From NCBI GenBank assembly GCA_951406725.2, contig OX597823.1:7254001-7318000 (forward strand): a DNA stretch of 64,000 nucleotides. Direction: 5' to 3'. This DNA is from Octopus vulgaris. Taxonomy: Eukaryota. Numbering within the stretch: position 1 is the first letter of the stretch; every line of letters begins with the position of its first letter. The translations under genes and the position numbers were made by a program. The notes under the pieces were generated by a model. It made no database searches. It worked only from the letters and a program-made list of their open reading frames with translations, and was not told the DNA's origin. Shown here in pieces: positions 13,052 through 26,740 of the stretch.

Positions 13052-13238
13052 ATGGACATATGGTGTAGTGGTTAAGAGCGTGGGCTTCTAACCCCAAGAT
13101 TCCAAGTTCGATTCCAAACAGTGACCTGAATAATACTATCGATAATAATATCGAAAAATACCTTAGGAGTTTCCCCTTTGAAATTTCCCCATAACAACAA
13201 ACAAGATAAGGACAAATATCCATCAAATGCAAATAATG
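13052..13238 (+). mobile_element. tRNA-headed SINE with PLE-like tail (family E), internally deleted
   Basis: Same head, aaaataccttagga linker and acaacaaacaagat.aggacaaatatcc tail as 54411-55065; the hammerhead segment is deleted. Confidence 0.75.
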
Positions 13239-13424
13239 TGAAAAAATGAATTACTCAGTCATATTACTGTAGGAAATTACTCTAAAAGAAATCTTTGCAG
13301 AAAGGTGAGTAGATTGATTACATATTTCTTTCATTACGTTATCGCAGTTTTAAGGTGGTGCTCCAGCATGGCTGCAGTCACATGACTGAAACAAGTAAAA
13401 GAGTAAAAGAGTATACATACATAC

Positions 13425-13455
<31 letters not shown>

Positions 13456-13473
13456 CATACATACACACATGCA

Positions 13474-13548
13474 CACTGGCTCGGGAATGAAATTTGCTTA
13501 GCGGGTACAAACCCAGCCCCCAAAATTTTTCACAAATAAGGCCATGGT

Positions 13549-13579
<31 letters not shown>

Positions 13580-13742
13580 TGTTCTTTATTCTTTGAGAAA
13601 AAAACCTAAATCAAGCTACTTTTTACTCACTGTTTTCTAAATCTGAGAAAACTAAGTAGGGGCGCAAATTTTGATTTTGCATGCCACAAACAGTTTAGGA
13701 GGTGCAAGCACACCCCCTGCACTGCCGGTTCCTGGGCCCATG
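13474..13742. mobile_element. hAT-type MITE
   Basis: Imperfect TIRs cactggctcgggaa / ttcctgggcccatg; 8-bp TSD cacatgca / tacatgca. Confidence 0.55.
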
Positions 13743-14179
13743 TACATGCATGCATTATATGTGTAATAATTAAATTATATATTATTCATTTCATTGTGTT
13801 TTGTTATGCACGTCATTCTTGGTCCATAGAATAAAAAATTGTCTTACATGAAACTTGTCTGTGATGCAAAGGTTGGAGACTACTGCCTTAGAAGAACACA
13901 TTGGATAATGTGCATAAGAAAGCAATGGAATAACTTGAACCATAGGCTTGCTCGATCGAATCTGACCTGGACCTAAGCAACAGCAATAGAGAATATGCTT
14001 TTGTAATTATTTAAGTTTTATAAAATGACAATGAAACTATTAGGAGCAATGACTGTGGTTAAGAAGTTCACTCTTCAATCATGTGACTCAGGGTTCAACC
14101 CCACCAACCAGAATCTTCTGTCAATGTCTTTTGCAACACCCATGGGTTGAGTAATGCCTTGTGAGGGATTGGTAGGGAA

Positions 14180-14357
14180 TTCATCATCATCATCATCGTT
14201 TAACATCCATTTTCCGTGCTAGCACAGGTTGGACGGTTTGACCGGGGTCTGGGAAGCCAGGGGCTGCACCAGGCTCCAGTCTGATCTGGCAGTGTTTCTA
14301 CAGCTGGATGCCCTTCCTAACGCCAACCACTCCGCGAGTTAGGAAGGGCATCCAGCT
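14180..14357 (-). mobile_element. family C retroposon 3' end with a 20-bp inverted junction
   Basis: (CAT)n tail; agctggatgcccttcctaac and its reverse complement at 14302-14357. Confidence 0.75.
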
Positions 14358-14372
14358 ATAGGTAAATAGATA

Positions 14373-14545
14373 ATCCTTTCTACTATAGGCACAAGGCCTG
14401 AAATTTGGGGGAGGGGCTAGTCGATTTCATCGACCCCCAGTGAGTAACTTGTACTTGTTTAATCGACCCAAAAAGGATGAAAAGCAAAGTTGACCCTGGC
14501 AAAATTTGAACTCAGAATGTAGCGGCAGATGAAATTCAGTAAATA
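14373..14545 (-). mobile_element. SINE family B variant
   Basis: Family B core in reverse orientation. Confidence 0.7.
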
Positions 14546-14649
14546 GATAATGCTGTGTGAAAGCCCAAAAGACATTGACTACTGAATGAGGGGAGGTGGT
14601 GGACTGAGAGTTAGAGGGAGGATGAGGGCCATTCTCTATCTTATAGTTT

Positions 14650-14850
14650 ATTTTCATCAATATCTGTTTGGGTGGGTGGAGAACTCATCCAAAGCTGTTT
14701 GAAGTTGACGGAACATCATCTCTTTGTACAGCGTAGAGTAGAAATGATGCTCATCATAAACATTTCTGCAGGGCCTTCTATATATGTCAACCCTTTAGCA
14801 ATATTCTTTGCTGTCAATTTAAATGAAGTTGGTGGAATTTCTATATTGTC
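14650..14850 (-). mobile_element. Tigger/pogo-like transposase C-terminal remnant
   Basis: [10 protein letters not shown]...YKEMM..QTALDEF peptide; homologous to 41790-42020. Confidence 0.5.
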
Positions 14851-14859
14851 ATATAAATA

Positions 14860-15106
14860 CACACACTCAGACACACACACATATATATATATACATATGC
14901 ATATACTTATGTATGTATGTATGTATGTATGTATGTATGTATGTGTGTGTGGTGTTTGTGTGTGGGTGTATGTGTGTATGTATATATATATATGTGTACG
15001 TATATATATATATATATATATATGTATATACATATGTATATATATAAATATGTATGTATATATATATGTATATATATATATATATGTATATATAGGTATA
15101 TTTATA

Positions 15107-15170
<64 letters not shown>

Positions 15171-15230
15171 AATATGTATGTATATATATATGTAAATATA
15201 TATATATATGTATATACATGAATATTTATA

Positions 15231-15262
<32 letters not shown>

Positions 15263-15330
15263 CATACATACATACATACATACATACATACATACATACA
15301 TACATACATACATACATACACACACAGATA
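14860..15330. repeat. compound (TA)n/(TATG)n/(CATA)n microsatellite
   Basis: Directly visible. Confidence 0.95.
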
Positions 15331-16066
15331 TGTGTGTTGAGAGATAGATAGACACTTATTGTGACTCTAGAAAATATACACAGTCATTCACTTTGTTGTC
15401 TTTGCCTATAACAAAATGGACCACATTCTGCTAATTCAACAATATTTGCATATCTTCTTAACAAAAATTAGTCATGGCTCACTGCAAGAGTTACTGGAGA
15501 AGTAATGTTAATCAGCGATGAAGATTTTCTTAGACCTGAAGTCATACAATTTGGAAGACAGTAGTACAGTCAATTAAAACTACCACAATATATGACATTT
15601 TATTAAATCTGAAGGATCTGAACTTGACTCTAAAGATGCACAACTAAATACTGCAAGATGTTTAATCTTGCAGTCATCATCGTCGTTTAACGTCCGTTCT
15701 CCATGCTAGCATGGGTTGGACTAATTTAGTATTTAGCAATATTTTAATCTGTTGCTTTACAATTTCGGTCACTCTTTTCCTTCCTGAAAATCAATAAGAA
15801 CGCTTGGATCTCGATGGAGCTTCTGAGCACCTCAGTCTTCTTTTAATAAAGCCTGAGTTAATGGCTAAAATTAATTACAGCAAATATAATGAGAATCGTT
15901 ATTGTACTAGTGATTATTTTCACAAACTGAATAAATGTTAATAATAAGAAAGATTATCCTACAAGTGGTTATCTTCACAAACTGGGTACAGATGCACTGA
16001 AACAATACCAGCAAAAGTCTTGCAGCAGTAACAGCTTTTTGAAAGAAAATCTCTTAAAGATACTAA

Positions 16067-16456
16067 TCTTTATATATAAAAGTAAGGTTGTGTGTCTGCC
16101 TACTCCGATTTAGATTCCTAACTACTCCCACATTTTGCGGTGCAGTTTAACCAAAACCGGGTATCTTATAGTCGTGATTCATATCGAGCCCTTCTGGGTA
16201 TTAGCGCGCATCTACAATGAGTCTACGATTTTAAAAATAATTTATTATCATTTTTTTCCATTTTAATGCATATTTTTTTAAAGGGAAGTAACTCTCTAAA
16301 AATGTCTACGATGAGTCAACGATTTAAAAAAAAATTTACCATCATATTTTTTCCATTTTTGATGCATCTTTTTGCTATTTTTGGGCTATAACTCTCTAAA
16401 AATGCTTTATAGTTATTTCCCTTACAAACCCGAGCAACGCCGGGCGATGCTGCTAG
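16067..16456 (+). mobile_element. non-autonomous Helitron
   Basis: A|TC...cccgagcaacgccgggcgatgctgCTAG|T, inserted between A and T with no TSD. Confidence 0.85.
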
Positions 16457-17574
16457 TAATTAATTACAAGGCAAGTTTGCAAATTTGGTTGTTTGTATAT
16501 GCTGTGAGGAGATAAGAAACACTACAGATGTTTTGAGCCTACATGTTCAGTGCTACGATAACCACTGAACACATGTTTCTTTCTGATGAAATGTGTGGCT
16601 CAAAATGTCAATATTCTCATCCCTCTTTGGTACACAAACTTATCAAAACCTGTAAAACCTTCCATGATTTCTTCAAACTCTGTTTTATGTTTAACGATCA
16701 AGAGCTTTGATTATGCAGCTCCTTATAGTAGAAACTGGTACATCAGATAGAAAGAAATTGTATCTGAGATTTTCCTTAACTTGAAGATTTAGACTAAAGA
16801 TGTCTGTAGCTCACATCAAGGATTTGAAGTTAACCCAGAAAATAAGCATGAGACAAACGAGATATTATAGTTAAAACTGTCCAATCAGTACAGATAAATT
16901 GATACAAAATGTGATTCATGCTTGTGGTGGTGGTAGTGGTAGTGATGGTGATGGTGATGGTGGTGGTGGCAACAAGGTGGTAGTGACACTGCTAGTGATA
17001 ATATCTATAGTTCTGATTAACTTGTTCTTAGTAGTTTCAGTGTTCTCTCTTGCATCTATTATCTACTGATTGCTTTTATAATTTTCTAACATTAAGCCAT
17101 TCAGTTTTCTTGATGGTTTGTTTCTTTTTTATCTTTTTTTTTATTTTTCACAAAAATACATTATTTTCTCTCTTGTAAATTTATAGTTCCCTTATTTCTA
17201 TTTTGCTCATGGTCTGTTTACATAAATACATATTCAATTACACATAAACGTTTGGAAACAATTGTTTTGTTTTATCAAACAACATTTGGAACATCAGATC
17301 AGATTTGTGCATTTGGTAGTAAAGAGACATTTATCTGTTTATTTAAAGCATCCATTTAGGCATAGATATGCCACTTATCTCTGTATGTGAGGTCTTCATT
17401 TATCTATGTGTATGTGAGGGTTTCATTTATTTTAGGACCATATTAGAACATAGGTATTTGATGGAAAAACATATCAAGCATTTAAAGTTTTATGTATCTG
17501 TATACATGTGCATATGAGGTATGTATGAGTTTTTGCTGAGTGTGTTACAGTGATAAATATATGTGTGTACACAT

Positions 17575-17611
<37 letters not shown>

Positions 17612-17633
17612 GCTATATATGTATGTAGTGTAC

Positions 17634-17674
<41 letters not shown>

Positions 17675-17676
17675 TG

Positions 17677-17707
<31 letters not shown>

Positions 17708-18387
17708 ATTATATATACATATATATATATTTATATGTGTGTGTGTATATATACACACACATAAATACACACATATATACAGTATATATATATATATGTA
17801 TAATATATTTTGTTTTTATTAAAACAAAAACTTTTCTTAATCTCTAAAAGTTTCACAGATGTCTATTTTAAAATGTATTCACTATTATTTTAGATAAATA
17901 TTTAACCATTATAAATAATTTTTCCTTCTTCTCATCATTTCTCTATCAGTACACAAACAAACCTACATGCATATGCAAGCACACATGGATGCACATACAT
18001 CCCCATACACATTCCTTGTTTATAGTTTTCCATCAGATTTGATGATGACCATTTTCTTCAATTGTAGATATTTTAATGACAACTTCTTAAAGAGCAGCAA
18101 TGACAGAAAAAACAACCATGTAAGCAACTGGAAAACTGTAACTGCTATTGTCTATGCTCCATCTGCTGTATACCCTCACAAGCAAGAAAAATATGGAAGT
18201 GGTGTCATTTTATTGTGACAAATGTGTGTATTCCCCCATCTATTCATCCATCCATCCATCTTTTCCACTCACTATTCCTGGGAGGATCGCATGCATAGAG
18301 TCCTCAGGTACTGCCTCTATTGGAAGTGACTGTCTTAAAATTTCCTGTTTACTTCCAAAGCCTATGGTTATTATCTAACCATCTTGC

Positions 18388-18690
18388 TCATGGTCTGCTT
18401 CTTAGTCTCCTGCCAGTTGACCTGGCTTGGAAAATGCATCTAGCAATTCCTTCCTGTAACCATACCTGACAGCCAGGGGTTTGTGAATATCTCACTCCAC
18501 TCTGTATGAACATAGTTGGCATCATACCTGAATAGTGCAGTGTTGACCCTCCATCCAAATATATGGTACCAGAGCCACAGAACCTTGTAGAGGAGACACC
18601 CACTATATCTAGCTGGAAGTATTTGGTCTGCTCCACTAATTCCTGCTCCTTACTTAAAAGGTCTGTGACATTCCAATTCCCAATCATTAA
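18388..18690 (-). pseudogene. RTE-clade LINE apurinic endonuclease N-terminal fragment
   Basis: GNWNVTDLLSKEQELVEQTKYFQLDIVGVSSTRFCGSGTIYLDGGSTLHYSG matches APE motifs I-II of RTE/Expander-type LINEs. Confidence 0.75.
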
Positions 18691-18854
18691 AAACTGCTCC
18701 CTCCTGGACTTGCTTTAGGTTCTTATAACATGCATCTTTTGTGGTGCTCCTGCCTCCCAGAACAAGCTGCAGGATACTGCAATGTAATTTTTGAACAGAT
18801 TCCTCCACCAAAGATCAGAGGTGTCTCTTGCCAACTAGCATGATGGTTGATGTG

Positions 18855-19563
18855 ACTCTTTTACTTGTTTCAGTCATTTGACTGCGGCCATGCTGGAGCA
18901 CCGCCTTTAGTCGAGCAAATCAACCCCAGGACTTATTCTTTGTAAGCCTTGTACTTTTTGCCGAACTGCTATGTTACGGGGATATAAACACACCAGCATT
19001 GGTTGTCAAGCGATGTTGGAGGGACAAACACAGACACACAAACATATATATATATTTCTTTACTGCCCACAAGGGGATAAACACAGAGAGGACAAACAAG
19101 GACAGACAAACGGATTAAGTCGATTACATCGACCCCAGTGTGAAACTGGTACTTTATTTATCGACCCCAAAAGAATGAAAGGCAAAGTCGACCTCGGCGG
19201 AATTTGAACTCAGAACGTAATCGGCCCAATACTCTTTTGTAAGCCTGGTACCTATTCTATCATTCTCTCTGGCTGAACTGCTAAGTTACAGGACATAACT
19301 ACATCAACACCAGTTGTCAAGCTGTTGTGAGGAACAAACACAGACACAAACACACATGTATGTATAAGAAGCCCATCACACACACACACATATATACATA
19401 CGTGTGTTTGTGTGTGATGGGCTTCTTTCAATTTCCAACTACCAAACTCCACTCAAATGGTTTTGGTTGGCCCGAGGCTATAGTAGAAGACACTTGCCCA
19501 AGGTGCCACACAGTGGGACTGAACCCGGAACCATGTGGTTGGTAAGCAAACTTCTTACCACAC
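18855..19563 (-). mobile_element. cluster of SINE A (18855-19055, 19230-19563) and SINE B (19055-19220) pieces
   Basis: Family motifs in reverse orientation. Confidence 0.75.
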
Positions 19564-20086
19564 ATCTTATAAGTGTGTGTGTGTGTGTGTGTGTGTTGAA
19601 CACAGCACATTCCATTTGATTTAATCTGAGAGATAATATCACTGAATGCTTGGTAAATGGTTAATCCCAAAATATTTAAAAAATAAGGTAAAGTGTAAAA
19701 AAACTGTTGCTCAACTTTATTTCTGTTCTTGTTCCAGTAGTTCAGCTTGCATTGCATTGGCTTTTGAACAGTTTCAATTGTAAATAGTTGACAATAAATT
19801 CAGGATACTTAGAGCTGCAACATTAATTTATATGATAAATATGGGACTGAGTTAAACAAATCAGAACAATCATATAAAACGAAACCAGGTAAAAAAAAAA
19901 AAAAATCAGAAAAAAGAAAAAGAAAATAGCCATTAAGCACTGGGACACATTCGGTTTCTGTTAAGGCAAATCTGTGAATAGCATCATCAGCCTGTTTCCA
20001 CAAGACAGCAGTAATTGCTTTTTACTACTTCACGAAATGGTATTTAAATGGCCACAGTTCCAAATAAACTGAGATATGAATCAGAC

Positions 20087-20091
20087 ATATG

Positions 20092-20123
<32 letters not shown>

Positions 20124-20843
20124 TGTATGTATGTATGTGTGTATGTATGTATGTATGTATGTATGTATGTATGTGTGTGTGTATGTATGTATGTATGTAT
20201 GTATGTGTGTATGTATGTATGTATGTATGTATGTATGTATGTATGTATGTATGTATGTATGTATGTATGTGTATGTATGTATGTATGTATGTATGTGTGT
20301 GTATGTATGTATGTATGTATGTATGTATGTATGTATGTATGTGTGTGTGTATGTATGTATGTATGTGTGTGTGTGTGTATGTATGTGTGTATGTATGTAT
20401 GCATGCATGTATGTATGTATGTATGTATGTGTGTATGTATGTATGTATGTATGTATGTATGTGTGTATGTATGTATGTATGTATGTATGTATGTATGTAT
20501 GTGTGTATGTATGTATGTATGTATGTATGTATGTATGTATGTATGTGTGTGTATGTATGTATGTATGTATGTATGTATGTGTGTGTATGTATGTATGTAT
20601 GTATGTATGTATGTATGTATGTATGTATGTATGTATGTATGTATGTATGTATGTATGTATGTGTGTATGTATGTATGTATGTATGTATGTATGTATGTGT
20701 GTATGTATGTATGTATGTATGTATGTATGTATGTATGTGTGTATGTATGTATGTGTGTATGTATGCATGTATGTATGTATGTATGTATGTATATATGTAT
20801 GTGTGTGTGTGTATGTATGTATGTATGCATGCATGTATGTATG

Positions 20844-20877
<34 letters not shown>

Positions 20878-21091
20878 TGTGTGTGTGTGTATGTATGTAT
20901 GTATGTATGTATGTATGTATGTATGTGTGTGTGTATGTATGTATGTATGCATGCATGTATGTATGTATGTATGTGTGTGTGTATGTATGTATGTATGCAT
21001 GCATGTATGTATGTATGTATGTATGTATGTGTGTGTGTATGTATGTATGTATGCATGCATGTATGTATGTATGTATGTATGTATGTATGTA

Positions 21092-21128
<37 letters not shown>

Positions 21129-21147
21129 ATGTATGTATGTGTGTGTG

Positions 21148-21178
<31 letters not shown>

Positions 21179-21364
21179 GTATGTATGTATGTATGTATGC
21201 ATGCATGTATGTATGTATGTATGTATCCATGTATCAGTGTATGTATGTGCATATGTTCATATATGTATGTATATGTATGTATGCATGTATGTATATATAT
21301 GTGTATATATGTATGTATGTATATATATACACACACACATATATACATACACGCATGCATATAT

Positions 21365-21399
<35 letters not shown>

Positions 21400-21510
21400 C
21401 ACACACACACACATACATATATATGTGTGTGTGTATGCATGTATGTGTGTGAGTATATGCACAATTGTGTGTATGCATGTGTGTGTGTGTGTGTGTGTGT
21501 GTATTCATGT
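20087..21510. repeat. about 1.15-kb (TATG)n array with TGTG/TGCA variants, followed by a mixed CA/TG/TA tract
   Basis: Directly visible; source of the 370-500 aa spurious ORFs. Confidence 0.97.
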
Positions 21511-22624
21511 ACATATATAGGTAAGCCTGTCTGTTTGGCATTACATTCGTTTTCTTTCCACACCTTCTTATACCTATAGCCAATATCCTTTACTCATAAT
21601 GAGCAATTCTTTTTAACACAATTCAACGTCTTTCTTTGAATCCTAAGAATAGATTTTTTTTTATCTTCTCGTAACCAAAACAAAGAAAAAAAAATCTATT
21701 TTGTATCTATTTTGTATTACAAAATATGTATTTTGTATACAATCTATTTTGTATCTACATATTTCAACTTCCTTCGATGTCCAAGCTACTGTCAAATTTT
21801 TGTTGATAGCTTTTTTTTTTCCTTTTTGTTTAGTACTTTGATAAAGTTATTTTATCTTTTCTATTTTATGACAAACTTGATAAACTCCAAAACAAAACTT
21901 GTCCTTGTTTTAGGGAAATAAACTCCCTGATCAGCTGAAACAATGTATCTTAGCAATATAAAATTGAAATTAAAATTTAATTATTTTCTTTTGTAATTTT
22001 CTCAGTTCTTTTTTTTATCTTTCCTGCTATTTTTTTTTTTCTTAAACTTCCCTCTGTCTCCTCCCAGCAGAGAGATGATCCAGAAAAAGTTAATTAGGAA
22101 TAATCATTAGTAAAATAAAACCTGCCTTATTTATCTTTCGTTTACTTTTTACCATTAAGTGTGAGTAGAAATATTTTTCTTTCAAAGCATTCTCATGAAA
22201 ACATATAATTTTATGTCCATGAAAGTTTTTCATAAATAAAAAATAAAGAAACCAACTTTTTTCCTTTTTTTCATTTTTCCTTGTTTTTATTTTTTTTTGT
22301 TTTTTTTCATTAGATGTGTAGTGTCTACTGAAATTAAAATGGATATTTACAAATCAATAATTTCAGTTGCTTGTTGTTTTGTTCTTTTTTTTTTTTTTGC
22401 AAAACTTGAAGTATTTAGTCACGATTAATTAACAAACACTTGGACTCCTCCTCCTCATCATTGTCATCAAAACAAAACTTTTATGTCTGTTTTTGTTTGT
22501 TTTTTTTCTTACTGACAGTAGTTAGAGAGATGAACCTAGTAATCTCTTTCCATACTATTCTCTTCTTCATTAATTTTTCATATCTAGGTTCAAAACTCTA
22601 AGTTTTTTCAATCTCTCTCTCTCT

Positions 22625-22680
<56 letters not shown>

Positions 22681-22812
22681 TTCTCTTGCCTTCTCCTTCC
22701 CTCCTTCTATCCATCCATCTCCCTTTTTCAAGCCTTTGCTTTTTTTGTCTGGTTACCCGACTTTATTATACTCATTGAATAATTAATATTTTTTTGTTGG
22801 AATAAAGTATTG

Positions 22813-22955
<143 letters not shown>

Positions 22956-23472
22956 TACATAACGATATCTTACATCATAAACAGTGAACAACTTGGCCCC
23001 TTAGCTGCCTTAGTAGACTCCATTTTGTTACAAGCATTCAGGCCAGGTGTCTGGTCTGAGTAAAATATCCTTCTTTCCTCCCACCAGTTTCGGAGGCCCT
23101 GAAAATAGCCATCCATCTGTCCCTCTGTCTATCCATCTGTCCATCCATCCTTCTGTCCATCTTTGTATCCATCTCTCCATCCATAGTGATAGACAGTTAC
23201 ACATTCGTTGTTAGTAAAGGGATTGAATAACAAAACAGCATGGCAGTGTGTGATAAGGGGGGAAAAGGGAATAAGGAGATTGCATAGAAAGGCAGCATGG
23301 ATGCTTTGACATGAAAGAGGGAGAGAAAGGGGAGGAGATGAAGGGAGAAGGGAGTAATAGAAGTGAGGTAAAGTGAACATGTCGGACAAAAAAATGATAG
23401 AGGAGGGAGCAATGTGAATAAAAGAGAAAGAGCGAGAGAGAGAGAAAGAGGGAGAGAAGAGAGAAAGAGAGG

Positions 23473-23504
<32 letters not shown>

Positions 23505-23840
23505 ATTGCTGAAGGATAGTAATAAAGATGGATGATGATAGGAGGGAGTAAGTGATAAAGAACAACAAAGTGGGACGATAGTAAGAGAGAATGGTGGATG
23601 TCAATGGAGAGTGACAATGGGGTAAAAAAGTGATGACTAGCAGCAGAGAAGGGTAAAGTGAAGAGGCAATCAATACAGATAGATCCGATACCATTGCATC
23701 TCACACCGGCTTCAGCATAGGGTGACCATCACCGTTTTAACAAATGCTTTGCTATGCTTTCAATGGCTACTGGCAGGCTGGTAGAGAAGGTATACCATTA
23801 GTTTATATTGAGTACACTTTATGAGATTACTTGCAGCTAA

Positions 23841-24011
23841 GGCACAGGAGTGGTTGTGTGGTAAGTAGCTTGCTAACCAACCACATGGTTCTGGGTTCAG
23901 TCCTACTGCATGGCATCTTGGGCAAGTGTCTTATGCTATAGCCCCGGGCCGACCAATGCCTTGTGAGTGGATTTGGTAGATGGAAACTGAAAGAGGCCTG
24001 TCGTATATATG

Positions 24012-24042
<31 letters not shown>

Positions 24043-24241
24043 TTGTGTGTCTGTGTTTGTCGCCCTAGCATTGCTTGACAACCGATGCTGGTGTGTTTAC
24101 GTCCCCGTCACTTAGCGGTTTGGCAAAAGAGACCGATAGAATACAAAGAATAAGTCCCGGGGTCGATTTGCTCGACTAAAAGGCAGTGCTTCAGCATGGC
24201 CGCAGTCAAATGACTGAAACAAGTAAAAGAGTAAAAGAGAG
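23841..24241 (+). mobile_element. SINE family A, full length
   Basis: tRNA-like head with B-box ggttcagtcc, internal TA/TG tract, (gtaaaaga)n tail. Confidence 0.9.
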
Positions 24242-24642
24242 TAAGCCCGGTTTCACTCGGTCTGTTTGGATGATGTGGCTGTGATCGTTTTCGGTTAGGA
24301 ATAATCTATAACAGTATTTCTCAATTTTATCAATTCGGGTCCCTTGTTTCGATTGGAGCCTCCAACTATATGAAAATTTCCTGACCCCACCCCGTCAGAA
24401 AACAGCTTCTAAGCAACTGGTTGTTTTAATGGCAGAAGAAAGAGGGGAATTCCATTAGAAAAAGTTTTAATCGATTTTCTCGGTAAGTATGGAGGCTAGG
24501 AAAAAATACAAACTGCATTCCAATCTATGCACCCATCTCCACATGTCTGCCATTTTTCACGCGAATCCACCCAACCGTTTGGCTGTGAACCTCAAGACAA
24601 GAAAGAATACAATGATCGCCCATGTCCAATTTATGTTATAGA
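24242..24642 (-). mobile_element. non-autonomous Helitron-like element whose 3' end is interrupted by the SINE
   Basis: 5' TC-tata at 24642; 3' hairpin ccgagtgaaaccggg; terminal bases apparently displaced to about 23829-23840. Confidence 0.45.
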
Positions 24643-24649
24643 TTAAAAC

Positions 24650-25680
24650 TCTTTCTCTGCATATCAACTTGTTAGTGTAGCATGAGTTTTGGCTGCCCTG
24701 TACAGTAGCCAAACTGGCCCCTGGTATGTAAACATATCTTCAACCACAGCAAATACACATAAAAAGTGGCTCCCCATTGAATATGTGAGGGGTGGTCCGC
24801 ATACCTCACATACCCCATGCTATGCGGTTGCATATTGAGCATAGCCATTTACCTGATGGTAGCAGTGTTCTGTTTTCATTGGTCCTTGTTAAGGTCACTC
24901 TGAAGCTCCTAGACTCTAGATTTTGCTCCCAAGTTTGAAATTTTATTTCTAAATCTTTAGATGTACCATTGTGAGAGTCCTGCAGGTTGCAGGCTGCCTG
25001 TGATTGAGTCATTGAGTACAACACCTACCTGTGCGACTTTATTGACTATATGAGTGACTAGCATGTAACCTATTTTAGGCATCTCAGTAACTATCCTTTA
25101 TAGTCCACATGCCTTTCTTTGCTTTCATATTATTAACCATGCTTTTTACAACATAGTTGTCAACTTCAATAGCAAGTCCTTTTGGGTGTCTAATTGAGAA
25201 AGGCACACTCTCTGTTTCCACACTCAACAACCTCTCAAAATTTAGCCATGAGAACTAGGTCATTAACATACAGGAGATCCAATGGATAACCAAGTTTGAA
25301 CTGTAATAAATGGAAATTTCTCACTGAACTTATGAGCTTTTACCTTGATGATAGCATCTCTGTATAATGGTTTGTACAAGATTCAAAGACTTTCATTTAC
25401 CTCTAGTTTTTTTTTGTTAGTTTTTTGGCATCTGCCAGATTACAGAGCATGCAACCCTATCAAAGACCTTCTCCCAGGTTGATAAAAGCTAGACAGAGTG
25501 ACTTACGTTTAGCTAAGTACTTCTACTGATGACTCATTGGGTAGATGAAATTAGTACTACTCTGTCATTGCATAAACTTGAACTGTATCTTGCTTAGTCC
25601 ATTTCTCTTCTTGATCAGTTCATAAACTGGCCAATCAATTTAATACCTCTGTAATTGCTTCTCTCTAAGGTGTGTCCATT
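24650..25680 (-). pseudogene. decayed RTE LINE reverse transcriptase fragments
   Basis: Frameshifted KYLAKRKSLCLAFINL.KVFDRV.CSVIWQ peptide near 25440-25560. Confidence 0.65.
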
Positions 25681-25704
25681 GCCTTGGTCAGCCTGAGGCT
25701 ATAA

Positions 25705-25930
25705 GGCGGCGAGCTGGCAGAAACATTAGCATGCCGGGCGAAATGCGAAGCCGTATTTCGTCTGTCGTTATGTTCTGAGTTCAAATTCCGCCGAGGTCGA
25801 CTTTGCCTTTCATCCTTTCGGGGTCGATAAATTAAGTACCAGTTATGCACCGGGGCCGATGTAATTGACTTAATCCGTTTGTCTGTCCTTGTTTGTCCCC
25901 TCTGTGTTTAACCCCTTGTAGGTAGTAAAG
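25705..25930 (+). mobile_element. SINE family B, full length
   Basis: Close to family consensus. Confidence 0.9.
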
Positions 25931-26084
25931 TATAGTAGAAGACACTTACCTAAGATATCAAGTAGTGGGACTGAATCCAGAACCATGTGGTTGAGAAGCA
26001 AGCTTTTTACAACACAGTCACCATTGCACCTATAATATAATACATATATGCCCAATTTTTCGCTCAAGACTGAGTTGAAGCATC

Positions 26085-26290
26085 TTGAGAAAAAAATTAG
26101 ACATAAAAAGTATCAGATGTGATGTGCAAGAGAGACATCTGTGCTGGTATGATTATGTGATGAGAATGGATGAGGATGCCTGCATAAAGAAGTGCTGATT
26201 TGTAATTGTGGAGGGAACTTATGGAAGAGATAAACCTAAGAAGACATGGGATGAGGTGGTGAAGCATGTTTCATACCCAAATCTTCAGTA
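26085..26290 (+). pseudogene. RTE LINE C-terminal fragment
   Basis: VQERHLCWYDYVMRMDEDACIKKC..VEGTYGRDKPKKTWDEVV. Confidence 0.7.
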
Positions 26291-26579
26291 ATCATGGACT
26301 GAACTGAACAGTTTAATGTCTGCTTTCAATGTGAGCATGTGGAGGATGGTTTGACATGAATTTGGCTAGCAGGGAACTGTCCAGATGCTAATCGTCTGTT
26401 GTGGCATGGTTTTCTATGGCTGAGTGCCATTCCTAATGCCAACCACTTAACAGGGTGTGTTGGGTGATTTTTACATTCCCCCAGCACAGGTGCATTTATG
26501 CAACATCAGCATGGATGTGTTAACACTGCATTGGCCCCTGAAAGGACCCACCTGTATGTGTGGAAGACAGCGATTTTAC

Positions 26580-26740
26580 TAAGCTTGACACATTTTATCA
26601 AACACAGCAAATCACCACATCTCCCAGTCCCTTGTCATTTCCTCTGTGAGGCCCAGCATCCGAAGATCCTTTCTTACCATTTCATCCCACATCTTCCTGA
26701 GTCCACCCCTTCCACAGGTACCTCCACAATTAGAGCTCAG
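26580..26740 (-). pseudogene. RTE LINE C-terminal fragment
   Basis: GTCGRGGLRKMWDEMVRKDLRMLGLTEEMTRDWEMW. Confidence 0.7.

Larger units (their letters stand above)
12646..13885. mobile_element. hAT-type MITE carrying nested insertions
   Basis: TIRs cagggtccccaacc / ggttggagactactg; imperfect 8-bp TSD ttttagaa / ccttagaa. Confidence 0.55.

Noticed and set aside
15775-15895. possible hAT dimerisation-domain remnant (LSLLLIKPELMAKINY)
   Set aside because: Too short and frameshifted to support without a search
20025-21583. 370-500 aa ORFs on both strands
   Set aside because: Stop-free reading of the (TATG)n array; no coding signal
22067-22545. two similar agagagatga(t/a)cc words after pyrimidine tracts, as possible mutually exclusive micro-exons
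   Set aside because: Donor sites are weak and the similarity is too short to exclude chance
23129-23704. 191-aa and 165-aa hydrophobic ORFs
   Set aside because: Purine/pyrimidine-biased decayed simple repeat; no motif
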